Under the pieces are notes generated by a model. The model worked only from the letters and a program-made list of their open reading frames with translations, ran no database searches and was not told the DNA's origin. Made by a program: the position numbers and the translations under genes. From positions 3,808,001-3,872,000 of the forward strand of contig OZ245365.1 of assembly GCA_965226495.1 (NCBI GenBank): a stretch of 64,000 nucleotides of DNA, written 5' to 3'. Below are positions 1 to 9,433 of the stretch, piece by piece (the first letter of the stretch is position 1; the number at the start of each line of letters is the position of its first letter). The stretch is from Candidatus Marinacidobacterales bacterium (lineage in GTDB: Bacteria; Acidobacteriota; Vicinamibacteria; Marinacidobacterales; DATDRI01).

Positions 1-13
1 AGAAGACCTTCTA

Positions 14-478
14 ATGACTGAACTTGATGGAATTCGCGATCAACTGCGAAGGGCCTTTCGGGGCGACGCATGGCACGGACAATCCCTTCAAGAGCTACTG
101 GAAGGGGTTAGCGCTCGACGGGCAATGTCCCGTCCCATCACGAACGGGCACACGATTTGGGAGCTCGTGCTCCACATCACGGCCTGGACCGATATCCCTC
201 GCCGTCGGATGGAGGGAGATCCCGTCGCCGATCCGTCGGTTGAACAAGACTGGCCTCCGGTGACCGCTTCCGATGAGCCTAAGTGGCAGGCAACGATCCA
301 AAAACTCCAGCTTGCTCACGACCAGCTCCAAGAGGCGCTGGCCCGCTTCCCCGGGACCCGACTCTCCGAGATCGTTCCTGGCCGGAATCACTCTTTCTTT
401 GTGATGTTGCACGGGGTCGTCCAGCATGGGTTGTACCATGCCGGCCAGATTGCTATGCTTAAGAAGGCAAAGGCATAG
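14..478 (+). CDS. DinB/DUF664 family protein
   Basis: 154 aa; AWHG near the N-terminus, 'HTIWELVLHI' and C-terminal 'QHGLYHAGQI' His triad typical of the DinB four-helix fold. Confidence 0.85.
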   Translation: MTELDGIRDQLRRAFRGDAWHGQSLQELLEGVSARRAMSRPITNGHTIWELVLHITAWTDIPRRRMEGDPVADPSVEQDWPPVTASDEPKWQATIQKLQLAHDQLQEALARFPGTRLSEIVPGRNHSFFVMLHGVVQHGLYHAGQIAMLKKAKA

Positions 479-490
479 CTCGCTTTTGAC

Positions 491-589
491 TTGGACGCCC
501 GCCGCTAAGGCTCACGACATAACCGCAAAGCGACGAAAAAACTGCGCGCGGGTCGGACTGCGCGTTGCCGGTGGCGACTGGGCGTCCGG
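491..589 (+). promoter_or_regulatory. Structured 5' leader of guaB-like gene (candidate cis-regulatory RNA)
   Basis: ttggacgccc 491-500 pairs with gggcgtccgg 580-589; nested gccgct/ggtggc, ggc/gcc, cgac/gtcg, ccgc/gcgg; closes at the purine-rich RBS. Confidence 0.3.
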
Positions 590-606
590 AGGAAGGAGAC
601 ATCGCA

Positions 607-2046
607 ATGACCACCGAACTGAAGAAGGGGCTCACCTTCGACGATGTCCTCATCGAACCGCGTCGCTCCCGGGTGAGAAGTCGCAAGGAGGTGGAGACGC
701 GCACTCAGTTCTCTCGCCACATCGATCTCAATGTCCCCATCGTCAGTGCCAACATGGAAACGGTGACCGAGGCGGACATGGCCATCGCCGTCGCGAGGGA
801 CGGCGGCATCGGCGTGATCCACCGTTTCATGCCCATCGCCGAAGAAGTCGAGCAAGTCGCGCGCGTCAAGCGATCGGAGAACCTGGTCATCGAGCACCCG
901 TACACGATATCCCCGCAGCAACGCTTGGCAGAAGCTCGTGAGATCATGGAGGCTCGAGGCGTCACTTCGTTGCTCGTGACGACCGAGGCCGGCAACCTCG
1001 CCGGAATCCTCACCCATCGCGACATCCTTTTCGTCGAGGAAGACTCGCGGCTCGTCTCGGACCTGATGACACCTGCGGCCAAGGTTGTCACTACACATGC
1101 AAGGGTGACCGTGGATGAAGCAAAGAAACTCTTTCTCGAACACAAAGTCGAGAAGTTTCCGATCGTCGACGACAAGGGTCGCCTACTCGGTCTCATTACT
1201 ATCGCCGACATCATCAAACGCGCCCGTTACCCGATGTCGACCAAGGATGCCAAGGGACGCCTTCGCGTCGCCGCTGCGGTGGGAGTACGCGCGGATTACC
1301 TCGAAAGGGCCCAGGCACTCGCCGATTCGGGAGTCGACGCACTGGTCGTCGACGTAGCGCACGGTCACTCCGATCAAGCGATCGACGTAGCAGAACAAAT
1401 CCGGAAGAAGCTTGGCGACATCGAGCTCGTCGTCGGGAACGTCGCCACCGCACGAGCGGTTCGTGATCTCATCGGGCTCGATGTGGATGCGATCAAAGTT
1501 GGAATAGGGCCGGGCTCGATCTGTGTGACCCGAATCGTCACCGGCTCGGGCGTTCCGCAGTTCTCGGCAGTTCAGGAATGTTCTCGCGAGGCGAACAAGC
1601 GTGGCGTCCCCATCATCGCCGACGGAGGCATCAGAAGCTCGGGCGACCTCACCAAAGCGATTGCCGCCGGTGCCTCGAGCGCCATGCTCGGCAGCATGTT
1701 GGCCGGCACAGAAGAGAGCCCTGGAGTCATGGTGATGCGCGGCGGACTCCGACACAAGGTCTGCTGGGGTAGTGCATCCTTTCGCGCTCAATGGGCGGGG
1801 CGAGGAGATTCACAACAGGATCCCGAGGAGCTTGCGGAAGTCGTGCCCGAAGGAGTCGAAGCGGTGGTTCCTTACAAAGGTCTCGTCTCCGAGGTAATCC
1901 ACCAACTGGTGGGAGGACTACGCTCGGGAATCAGTTATGCAGGGGGAAGGAACATCAAAGAGCTTCGAGAGAATGCTTCCTTCATTCAAGTCACTCCGGC
2001 GGGACTGAAAGAGGGACACACCCACGACGTCGAGCTGATTAAGTAA
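607..2046 (+). CDS. guaB: IMP dehydrogenase/GMP reductase family enzyme with CBS pair
   Basis: [25 protein letters not shown] domains, catalytic loop [19 protein letters not shown]; ATG 607 after ggaaggag RBS; YRGMGS and flap RY motifs are not canonical. Confidence 0.8.
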   Translation: MTTELKKGLTFDDVLIEPRRSRVRSRKEVETRTQFSRHIDLNVPIVSANMETVTEADMAIAVARDGGIGVIHRFMPIAEEVEQVARVKRSENLVIEHPYTISPQQRLAEAREIMEARGVTSLLVTTEAGNLAGILTHRDILFVEEDSRLVSDLMTPAAKVVTTHARVTVDEAKKLFLEHKVEKFPIVDDKGRLLGLITIADIIKRARYPMSTKDAKGRLRVAAAVGVRADYLERAQALADSGVDALVVDVAHGHSDQAIDVAEQIRKKLGDIELVVGNVATARAVRDLIGLDVDAIKVGIGPGSICVTRIVTGSGVPQFSAVQECSREANKRGVPIIADGGIRSSGDLTKAIAAGASSAMLGSMLAGTEESPGVMVMRGGLRHKVCWGSASFRAQWAGRGDSQQDPEELAEVVPEGVEAVVPYKGLVSEVIHQLVGGLRSGISYAGGRNIKELRENASFIQVTPAGLKEGHTHDVELIK

Positions 2047-2050
2047 CCAA

Positions 2051-2207
2051 CGGGCCAGAGGCCCGTCGGCCGCGAGGAATTGCCGAAGTAGAATGCGGAG
2101 GGCAAGGGAAGCGGCCGGGTTTTCGGCGCGAGCACAGCCCTGCGCCGATGCGCAGTCGCCAAGTCGACGAAGCATCGAGGCTTGGGGGTGGGGCCCCAAG
2201 CCATTGA
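2051..2207 (+). repeat. Structured intergenic repeat, copy A (full length)
   Basis: Aligns with 44447-44598 and with the reverse complement of 28900-28980; ends in ggcttgggg-gtgggg-ccccaagcc hairpin. Confidence 0.9.
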
Positions 2208-2219
2208 TCCATTCCCGCA

Positions 2220-2690
2220 CTAGCTGCCTTCGGCCTGCTCCAGCTGGGGAATCAGTATCTCGAGCACCCGGGAGTGGCCGGGCGCCAGCACCAACGCTCG
2301 CTCATAAGCGGCTCGCGCTTCTCCCAGCTCTCCTTTTTGAGCCAGGACGAACCCGAGCCAAGTCTGAACCTCTACCCTCCCCCAATTTGGCCAGGGTTGG
2401 TCCGGTGGTTGCTTCTCGAAAAGTGCCTCCGCGCGGCGAAGCTCGGAAAGCGCTTTGTCGTTGCCGCCGCCGAAAAAACGCGGCTTGTAGAAACTCGCTA
2501 CCGCCCGGTTCAGAACGACTCTCGGGTTTTCCGGTGCCAATTTGGCGGCTCGGCCAAGTGCACCCTGCGCTTTGCGCCCCAGCGTGAGTTTTCCCCAGAC
2601 GTTTGCGATTTGGCCACCATAACTTGCTCGCAGAGTAGCGCAAGCGCTCGCCGAGCGACTGTGAGGAAATCCACAACTTTCCTCAGCCCG
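2220..2690 (-). pseudogene. 5'-truncated TPR protein remnant
   Basis: C-terminal TPR-like sequence (LAPENPRV...FGGG...WGRVE...EARAAYERALVLAP); no credible start between it and the fabB/F stop; the N-terminal part appears to change frame near 2630. Confidence 0.55.
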
Positions 2691-2694
2691 CGCT

Positions 2695-3927
2695 CTAGGG
2701 CGCGGCGAGGACCAGAGCAGCGTTCGTTCCGCCGAACCCAAACGAATTCGAAAGCGCCAGCCGAAGTTTCCGCGAGGTGGGAACCAGGACCGGAGGATAA
2801 TCCTCGAACTCGGGATCGAGTGGCTCCGCATTCACCGACGGAGCGATCCACCCTTCTCGAAGCATGGCAAGGGTGAAGATGGCTTCGATGGTGCCGGCGG
2901 CAGAGACGGGGTGCCCGGTGTAGCCTTTGGTGGACGAATAAGGCAGGCGTCGACCGTCAAAGATCTTGCGCATCGCTCGCACCTCGGCCGTGTCACCCAG
3001 GGGCGTGGACGTCGCGTGCGTGTTGATATAATCGATCTCCTCGGGAGCCACACCGGCATGTTCGAGCGCTCGCCGCATCGCGAGCACAGCACCGTCCGCC
3101 GAGGGCGCCACCATCTCGCGCGAACCGTCCGACGACATGCCGTACCCCCGTAGGACACCGAGGATGGGCGCGCCACGTCGCGTCGCGGACTCTCGTGTCT
3201 CGAGAACAACCAGGCCCGCGCCCTCGGAGAAAATGAAACCGGCTCGATCGGCGGCGTAGGGGCGCGATGCGCGCTCTGGGTGGTCGTTATCCTGACCGTT
3301 GTATGCGCGCATCGAGTCGAAACCGGCAAAGAAGTGAATATCGGCTACCTCCACACCGCCTGCGATAGCGCTTTCGACCCGACCTTGCTCGATGAGCTCG
3401 GCTGCAAGTAGAACGTTATAGGCTCCGCCCGCGCAGGCGGCGGTCGCGGAAAAGGAAGGGCCAGTAGTGCCCAGGAACATTGCCAGGTTCGCCGAGACCG
3501 TTGAAGCCATCAAACGTGGAATGATCGTCGGCGACACTCTTTTCGCATTCTTGGTCTTCGCGAGCTTGTTGTGGATCTCCACATGCGCGTCCACGTCGCC
3601 GGTCCCGCTTCCTACTACGACAGCTAGCTCGCCGCGCTCGACCCCGGATTGCTCGAGCGCAATCTGTGCGGCACGGGCCGCCATGAGAGCCGCCCTTCCC
3701 ATGAAGCGCGCCTGCTGCTTGTTGATCCCGAGGCTCGCGGGAGAAAGGTCGTTCGGGTACACCCCGATCAATTGGCATCGGGCACCGTATTCGACCGCCG
3801 GCGGCCAACGCGTAAACGGCGTCGCCCTTCCCTCTCGTAGCGCAGCTTCTATAGCCGGCAAGTCGTCGCCCATATGACAGCAGACGCCTCCCCCGGTAAT
3901 CACGACTTCACGCGATGGGTCTCTCAT
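2695..3927 (-). CDS. Beta-ketoacyl-ACP synthase (FabB/FabF family)
   Basis: VVITG start, catalytic Cys in TAACAGG, His in INTHATST and KGYTGH, C-terminal SNSFGFGGTN. Confidence 0.93.
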   Translation of the reverse strand: MRDPSREVVITGGGVCCHMGDDLPAIEAALREGRATPFTRWPPAVEYGARCQLIGVYPNDLSPASLGINKQQARFMGRAALMAARAAQIALEQSGVERGELAVVVGSGTGDVDAHVEIHNKLAKTKNAKRVSPTIIPRLMASTVSANLAMFLGTTGPSFSATAACAGGAYNVLLAAELIEQGRVESAIAGGVEVADIHFFAGFDSMRAYNGQDNDHPERASRPYAADRAGFIFSEGAGLVVLETRESATRRGAPILGVLRGYGMSSDGSREMVAPSADGAVLAMRRALEHAGVAPEEIDYINTHATSTPLGDTAEVRAMRKIFDGRRLPYSSTKGYTGHPVSAAGTIEAIFTLAMLREGWIAPSVNAEPLDPEFEDYPPVLVPTSRKLRLALSNSFGFGGTNAALVLAAP

Positions 3928-4005
3928 CTCTTTCTACATCCCAACTGGGCACAACTGCGACACGAAAACCCGTTGAAGCTAATAGGGAGCTTGGCGAAGT
4001 CCGGT

Positions 4006-5145
4006 CTACGGCTCGATGCTAATCGGAACCACTTGATAGTCCACAGCGGCAGCGAAGACTGCGGTTCCGACGGTGATCGAGTGAACTCCCTGTAGTCCGT
4101 TGCTAGGGGTAACGGTGACCAAACCGGTGTCGAAATCAACCGTGTAGTCGAGATCCGCATGCGCTCTAGCCGGCACCGGAAGTCCGTTGGAATCGAGTTC
4201 GGTCTCGTCGAGAAAGAACGCTGCGTCTCCCTCCACATCGATCGCCCTCAGTTGCAAGGTCACCGGTGTATCGACTTTGGTCGAAACAGGAGGGATATCC
4301 GCCAGAAACGGATTGCTGTCCTCCGTGTCCGGTGAGACAGTCACCAGAAAAGCCCGACTAACCTGGGCTCCATCCGAGCTGGTCGCGGTGGCCGTGACGG
4401 TGGCTTGACCGCTCGTCCCCTCGGTCGCCGCGAGCATGAGGACAGCGTTCTGATTGTCCTTGAAGATCCGCACGGATTGCATGACGACATCCGTGATGGG
4501 ACGATCACCGGTGCCGACGGGAACGAAGCTGATCGCGTCCCGCACGTCTTCGCCCTCCACCAACAAACCAAAGATCGAATGGTTGAAATCGAGGTGCCGT
4601 GGGGCTCCTTCGGTAATGAAAAACTGCGAGTCGTTCGTGTCGTCGTCCGTTTTCGCCATCGAGAGGAGCCCGGTTCGGTTGTGCTGCAGATCGACGTGGA
4701 ACTGATCGTCGAAAGGACCCAGCGTCGAGCCGCCGGTACCGATTCCGGTGGGGTCACCGCCCTGGATGATGAAGTTATCGATCACACGATGAAAAATAAG
4801 ACCATTGTAGAAGCCGCTCTCGGCCAACCTGGTGATCTGGCGAGTCGCCCGAGGCGCCCGCTTCTCAAAAAGCTCGAAAACCATATCGCCGAAGCCCGCC
4901 ACGTTGATCCTCATGCTACGGTTCCCCTTGGTGACGGAGGTAGAAACGAGCTCACTATTGCTGGTGGCGGTGAAAGACAATGCCTGACCGCTCGGCTCAA
5001 ACCCGTCGAGCGGAATATGGAGAGGCGAGCCAGATAGCAGTGTGACGTCGGCGATGGGCTGGAGAGACGGAGCCTGGGCGGAGGCGAGTGCCGCGGTGCC
5101 GAATACAAACGCAAGTAATACCAAGTGTTGGAATTGTGTCTTCAT
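4006..5145 (-). CDS. Secreted cyclophilin-type peptidyl-prolyl isomerase with flanking beta-sandwich domains
   Basis: Signal peptide from MKTQFQ; FYNGLIFHRVIDNFIIQGGDP, LSMAK, SQFFIT, HLDFNHSIFG. Confidence 0.88.
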   Translation of the reverse strand: MKTQFQHLVLLAFVFGTAALASAQAPSLQPIADVTLLSGSPLHIPLDGFEPSGQALSFTATSNSELVSTSVTKGNRSMRINVAGFGDMVFELFEKRAPRATRQITRLAESGFYNGLIFHRVIDNFIIQGGDPTGIGTGGSTLGPFDDQFHVDLQHNRTGLLSMAKTDDDTNDSQFFITEGAPRHLDFNHSIFGLLVEGEDVRDAISFVPVGTGDRPITDVVMQSVRIFKDNQNAVLMLAATEGTSGQATVTATATSSDGAQVSRAFLVTVSPDTEDSNPFLADIPPVSTKVDTPVTLQLRAIDVEGDAAFFLDETELDSNGLPVPARAHADLDYTVDFDTGLVTVTPSNGLQGVHSITVGTAVFAAAVDYQVVPISIEP

Positions 5146-5394
5146 TGGTGTGTCTTTCCCTAGTCCTGAGCGGCGGTATCGGCCGCGGCCGTCAACGAAG
5201 TATAGCACTTACCACTAACTGACTATTTTGTAGCGGATTACGGCAAGAATCGCAAGCGCCTTGCCTCCCGAATGAAGTGTTCTAACCTGATCGACGCTGT
5301 CGGTCAAGCAGAATTCCTACCACTCTTCTACTCGACACACGCGCCGACTGGTGATAAAAGGGCATTTCACTTTCCAACCGGAGGAGACGAAATC

Positions 5395-6111
5395 ATGCGC
5401 AATTTAATCTTTTTCATAACTCTTGTTTCATTCGTGGGCTGCCAGCCGGCAGAGGAAGCTGCGTCGGACGCGGCAACGGAAGAAGCAGCCCCGGCCACCG
5501 ATTCCACGGACCCGACGGTGTCCGAGCCCAACAATTACAAGGTCGTGTTCGAGAACGATCGCGTGCGAGCGGTGCGAATCACGTACGCCGCCGGCGAAGA
5601 AACCGGAATGCACTCGCATCCCGCGTCGGTTTCGGTCTTTCTGACGGACGCCGAAGGCGTACTTGCCATGGAGGACGGGAGTGAACAGGAGTTCAACAGC
5701 AAGGCCGGAGACTCGATGTGGATGGACGCGCAGAGCCACCAGCCGAAAGCCAAGACGGACTTCGAGCTGATCCAGATCGAGCTCAAAGGCAGCGGGTCCG
5801 GAGCCGACGATGCGTCCGGAGAGTCGATGGATGCGACCGTTGTGGAGCCCAATCACTACAGGACGGTTTTGGAAAACGACAACGTGCGAGTCGTCAAGAT
5901 TACCTATGCCGCTAACGATGAGGCGGCTCTTCACTCACATCCGAACGCGGTCTTGGTTTCTCTGTCCGACGGCGAGTCGGAGCTTATCCTGGAGGACGGG
6001 ACGAAACGGGAGGCCAACTTCAAGGCCGGTAGTGCGGTGTGGGCCCCGGCGGAGACTCATCATGGGAAGGCCCATACAGCGTTGGACATGATCTTGGTCG
6101 AGCTCAAGTAA
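5395..6111 (+). CDS. Lipoprotein with two tandem cupin domains
   Basis: GGAGGAG RBS, lipobox FVGC, two ENDxVRvvrItY...HSHP repeats. Confidence 0.75.
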   Translation: MRNLIFFITLVSFVGCQPAEEAASDAATEEAAPATDSTDPTVSEPNNYKVVFENDRVRAVRITYAAGEETGMHSHPASVSVFLTDAEGVLAMEDGSEQEFNSKAGDSMWMDAQSHQPKAKTDFELIQIELKGSGSGADDASGESMDATVVEPNHYRTVLENDNVRVVKITYAANDEAALHSHPNAVLVSLSDGESELILEDGTKREANFKAGSAVWAPAETHHGKAHTALDMILVELK

Positions 6112-6128
6112 CGAAGTCTGTTCTTTCT

Positions 6129-6156
6129 GGGAGAGGAGCTAGGCAGCTCCTCTCCC
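6129..6156. terminator. Perfect 12-bp hairpin between convergent genes
   Basis: gggagaggagct-aggc-agctcctctccc; no clear U-tract on either strand. Confidence 0.55.
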
Positions 6157-7668
6157 TCACTCTGCGACGCAATAACCACCGTTTTTCTCCTCGACTCGTC
6201 CCTCTTCTTGCAGCTTGATGAGCCCCGAGGTTAGCGAGCGACCCGCCATCTCCCACATTTTCTTATCCACGTCGATGTAGACCTTGCTCACCAGCTCCTC
6301 GACAGATTGCGGCTCACTGGAAAGCGCGGCCAACAGTTGATTCTCCCTTTGCTGACGGTGACGAAGCTGCGCCCGAATCGCCTTTCTTCCTTCGCGGGTG
6401 GGAGGCCCGTGTCCCGGATAGACGGTCCCCTGCGCCACCGACTCCAAAAACTCGAGAGATTCCAAATAGGTCGCGAGGTGACCGTCGCTGGGATCGATCA
6501 AGATGGAGGACAGCGTCGACAGCAGATCTCCTACGATCAGTGTTTGGTAGCGACTCTCTTGAAACGCGAGATGGCCCGGCGCATGCCCCGGCACGTGATA
6601 GGCGCGGAGCTTCCACCCCGGTTTCCCGTCGGGCGTGCTCCCCAAATCGAGGTCCTGTCCGTGTTCCACGGGATCTCCGAAGTCGAAGCCGTCGAGCTCT
6701 GCCATCGTGTCTCGATGCGCACGCACTGGAAGCTGGTAACGACGCTGACACTCCGCGACCGCCCCCACGTGGTCCGGGTGGTAGTGGGTTAGAAGAATCG
6801 CCTTCAAAGTCCGACCCTCGGCAATGAGCTCATCGAGAAGGTTCCACAGCTTCAACTGCTCGGTTGGATCCACCGGAGCAGGATCCACGATGTATACCTT
6901 ATCCTCCCCCACCAAGCACGTATTGGTGTGTGTGGCGGGCGGCTTGGTCGGGGTCTTGAGCGCGGCGAGGAGAACTCCCGGCGTGAAGTAGACATGATGA
7001 AGCTTCCCTTCGTCGTAGGACGTGAATAGCTGCATCCAATTCACGAAGTCCTTCTTGGTAGAATTCGCGAGGCGCTGGAGGAAGATGATCACCGGTGGCA
7101 CGATGAGCGCCTCGCCCGCTCGCCACTCGGCCAAGGCGTCCTTGGGCTTCGCGAAACCGCCGCCCACGAGCTCGCCGTCTATGATCTCCACCGTCGCAGA
7201 TTCGGGGAGCTGACAGCCCAGAAACCACGTGTCGTAGCGACGCGGCGTAAAAGGCGGCGTGGTGATGCGGCACAACGGCGTGAAGTCTGTCGCATCCAGC
7301 CGTTGGGCGCGCCAGGTCAGGAGCTCGAGAAACGTCACGTCGCCGGCCAACATGAGACGCCGATCCTCTTCGAGGGAGCGGCCGGATTCGTCGACTCCCC
7401 GACCCAACCAAACGCCGGTCTCCTCGAAGAGCTCTCGCGCTGCGGCCGCCACGAAGGTGGGAAAGTCTTCTCCAAGAGGCTGGCTACTACGCTCCGCCAA
7501 CCGGTCCAGGTTGTCGATGGGCACGGCAGCATCCTCCGGTTCGAGCGTCCCACCCGGAAAAGCCTGATAGCCTCCGAAGAAGGACAGCTTGGGATTCCGG
7601 TCCACCAACAGAACGTCTTCCCAGTTGTCGGTGCGACTCAACAAGATGCTGACAGCGATGCGGTTCAT
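6157..7668 (-). CDS. NUDIX hydrolase fused to MBL-fold metallo-hydrolase (LACTB2-like)
   Basis: FPGG...AAARELFEETGV Nudix box, RRYDTWF; THYHPDHVG, PGHAPGH, GD, YPGHG MBL motifs; winged-helix-like C-terminus. Confidence 0.88.
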   Translation of the reverse strand: MNRIAVSILLSRTDNWEDVLLVDRNPKLSFFGGYQAFPGGTLEPEDAAVPIDNLDRLAERSSQPLGEDFPTFVAAAARELFEETGVWLGRGVDESGRSLEEDRRLMLAGDVTFLELLTWRAQRLDATDFTPLCRITTPPFTPRRYDTWFLGCQLPESATVEIIDGELVGGGFAKPKDALAEWRAGEALIVPPVIIFLQRLANSTKKDFVNWMQLFTSYDEGKLHHVYFTPGVLLAALKTPTKPPATHTNTCLVGEDKVYIVDPAPVDPTEQLKLWNLLDELIAEGRTLKAILLTHYHPDHVGAVAECQRRYQLPVRAHRDTMAELDGFDFGDPVEHGQDLDLGSTPDGKPGWKLRAYHVPGHAPGHLAFQESRYQTLIVGDLLSTLSSILIDPSDGHLATYLESLEFLESVAQGTVYPGHGPPTREGRKAIRAQLRHRQQRENQLLAALSSEPQSVEELVSKVYIDVDKKMWEMAGRSLTSGLIKLQEEGRVEEKNGGYCVAE

Positions 7669-7723
7669 GGACCGCTATAATACAGCGAGCGCGCGAAACC
7701 GCGCCACGAAAGGAAACGTCACG

Positions 7724-9289
7724 ATGATTGCGCTCAAGAGTTATGCAGCCGGTGAATGGAAGTCGGGTAGCGGGAAGGGACGTGTCCTGCAGCACGCGGT
7801 CACCGGGGAAGATATCGCGACTTGTAGCAGTGAGGGCCTCGATTTCGCGGCCATGCTCGATTGGTCTCGCACCAAGGGTGGTCTGGCTCTCCGTGCCTTG
7901 ACCTTCCACGAGCGCGCGGGACTTCTCAAGAAAATGGCTGGCACTCTCAACGAGCACCTCGATGAATTTCATCAGATCGCCGCGGCCTACGGAGCGACCG
8001 GGCCCGACGCGATGATGGACGTGGAAGGGGGCATCGGAACACTCGCTTACTACGCGGGCCTCGGTTCCAAAAAACTTCCACCGAGCACCTTCCTGACCGA
8101 CGGCGCCCCGGCCCGACTTTCTAAACCGGGGAACTTCGTGGGACGGCACATCTATGTGCCACTCGAAGGAGTGGCCGTCCAAATCAATGCCTACAACTTC
8201 CCCTCTTGGGGCATGCTGGAGAAGGTGGCGCCATCGATCCTTGCCGGCATGCCGAGCATCGTCAAGCCGGCGACGCCGACCGCTTGGCTCGCCTTCCGCA
8301 TGGTCGAAGTGCTTATCGAGTCCGGAGTCATGCCAGAGGGAACGCTACAGCTCATTTGCGGATCGGTAGGCGATCTCCTCGATCACCTGACGTGCCAGGA
8401 CGTCGTTTCCTTTACCGGCTCTGCATCCACCGGTCAAAAGATCCGCTCGAATACCAACATAGTGAAAAACGCCGTGCGGGTGAATATCGAAGCCGATTCG
8501 CTGAACTGCATCGTCTTGGGGCCCGATGTGTCGGAGGGATCCTCGACGCTCGACTATTTCACCAAGGAAGTCGTCAAGGAGATGACCATCAAGGCTGGAC
8601 AGAAGTGCACCGCGATCCGCCGACTCGTCGTGCCCAAGGATAAGGAGTCGGTGGTCATCGACGCTCTGAAGGAACGTCTAGCGAAGATCCGCGTGGGCGA
8701 TCCAGGAGTAGACGGAGTACGCATGGGGCCGCTCGTTGACCGTTCGGCACTCGAATCCGCCCGCGAAGGCGTCGAGAGCTTGAGCCGCGAAGCCGACGTC
8801 GTCTTCGGAGATCCGAATCGCGCTCGCTTCGAGGGAACGGGCACCGAAAACGGATTTTTCATGGAGCCGGTCCTACTTCACGCGAATAAGCCGGAAGATG
8901 CCCGACTCGTTCATGAAGTCGAGGTTTTCGGCCCGGTGGCGACCGTGCTCGGTTACGAAGACGTCGAGCAAGCGATTCGCCTCGCTCGGCGCGGCGGAGG
9001 CAGCTTAGTCGGTTCGGTCTACAGTGAGGACGAGGAATTCGTTCACAAGATGACTTTCGGCCTCGCTCCGTATCACGGTCGTCTCATGGTCATGAACGCG
9101 AAGGCGGCCCCGGAATCAACCGGACATGGTGTCGTCATGCCTCATTTGGTGCACGGTGGCCCCGGGCGTGCGGGGGGTGGAGAGGAACTGGGGGGACTGA
9201 GGAGCGTCTACCATTACATGCAGCGCATCGCGCTGCAGGGGGATCCGGAGAGACTGGAGAGACTCTGCGCACCGGCGGTCATGGAGTAA
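7724..9289 (+). CDS. PaaZ-N/BoxD-like acyl-CoA semialdehyde dehydrogenase (no MaoC domain)
   Basis: LTFHERA, INAYNFP, FTGSASTG, EADSLN, KAGQKCTAIRR, HEVEVFGP, HGGPGRAGGGEELGG. Confidence 0.87.
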   Translation: MIALKSYAAGEWKSGSGKGRVLQHAVTGEDIATCSSEGLDFAAMLDWSRTKGGLALRALTFHERAGLLKKMAGTLNEHLDEFHQIAAAYGATGPDAMMDVEGGIGTLAYYAGLGSKKLPPSTFLTDGAPARLSKPGNFVGRHIYVPLEGVAVQINAYNFPSWGMLEKVAPSILAGMPSIVKPATPTAWLAFRMVEVLIESGVMPEGTLQLICGSVGDLLDHLTCQDVVSFTGSASTGQKIRSNTNIVKNAVRVNIEADSLNCIVLGPDVSEGSSTLDYFTKEVVKEMTIKAGQKCTAIRRLVVPKDKESVVIDALKERLAKIRVGDPGVDGVRMGPLVDRSALESAREGVESLSREADVVFGDPNRARFEGTGTENGFFMEPVLLHANKPEDARLVHEVEVFGPVATVLGYEDVEQAIRLARRGGGSLVGSVYSEDEEFVHKMTFGLAPYHGRLMVMNAKAAPESTGHGVVMPHLVHGGPGRAGGGEELGGLRSVYHYMQRIALQGDPERLERLCAPAVME

Positions 9290-9367
9290 AACAATGAAGC
9301 TGCCTTCCTTCGACTATTCTTGGGCCGACGACGCTATAGCATGCTCGCGCGTCGTCGCTCGATTGCA

Positions 9368-9406
9368 CCCTCTCCCCGTTTGCGGGGAGAGGGATGGGGT
9401 GAGGGG
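9368..9406. repeat. REP-like palindrome (CCCTCTCCC...GGGAGAGGG...GGGGTGAGGGG type)
   Basis: ccctctccccg-tttg-cggggagaggg followed by atggggtgagggg; a single copy in the window. Confidence 0.7.
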
Positions 9407-9433
9407 TCCTGCATCCCGAGACCGCCACAGCCC

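Noticed and set aside
2147-2177. Hammerhead ribozyme resemblance in the repeat (UGCGCA-GUCG..CGAC-GAAGC versus CUGANGA-stem-GAAAC)
   Set aside because: Several core positions (C3, A6, G8, A15.1) deviate, and the flanks pair with each other rather than forming stems I and III
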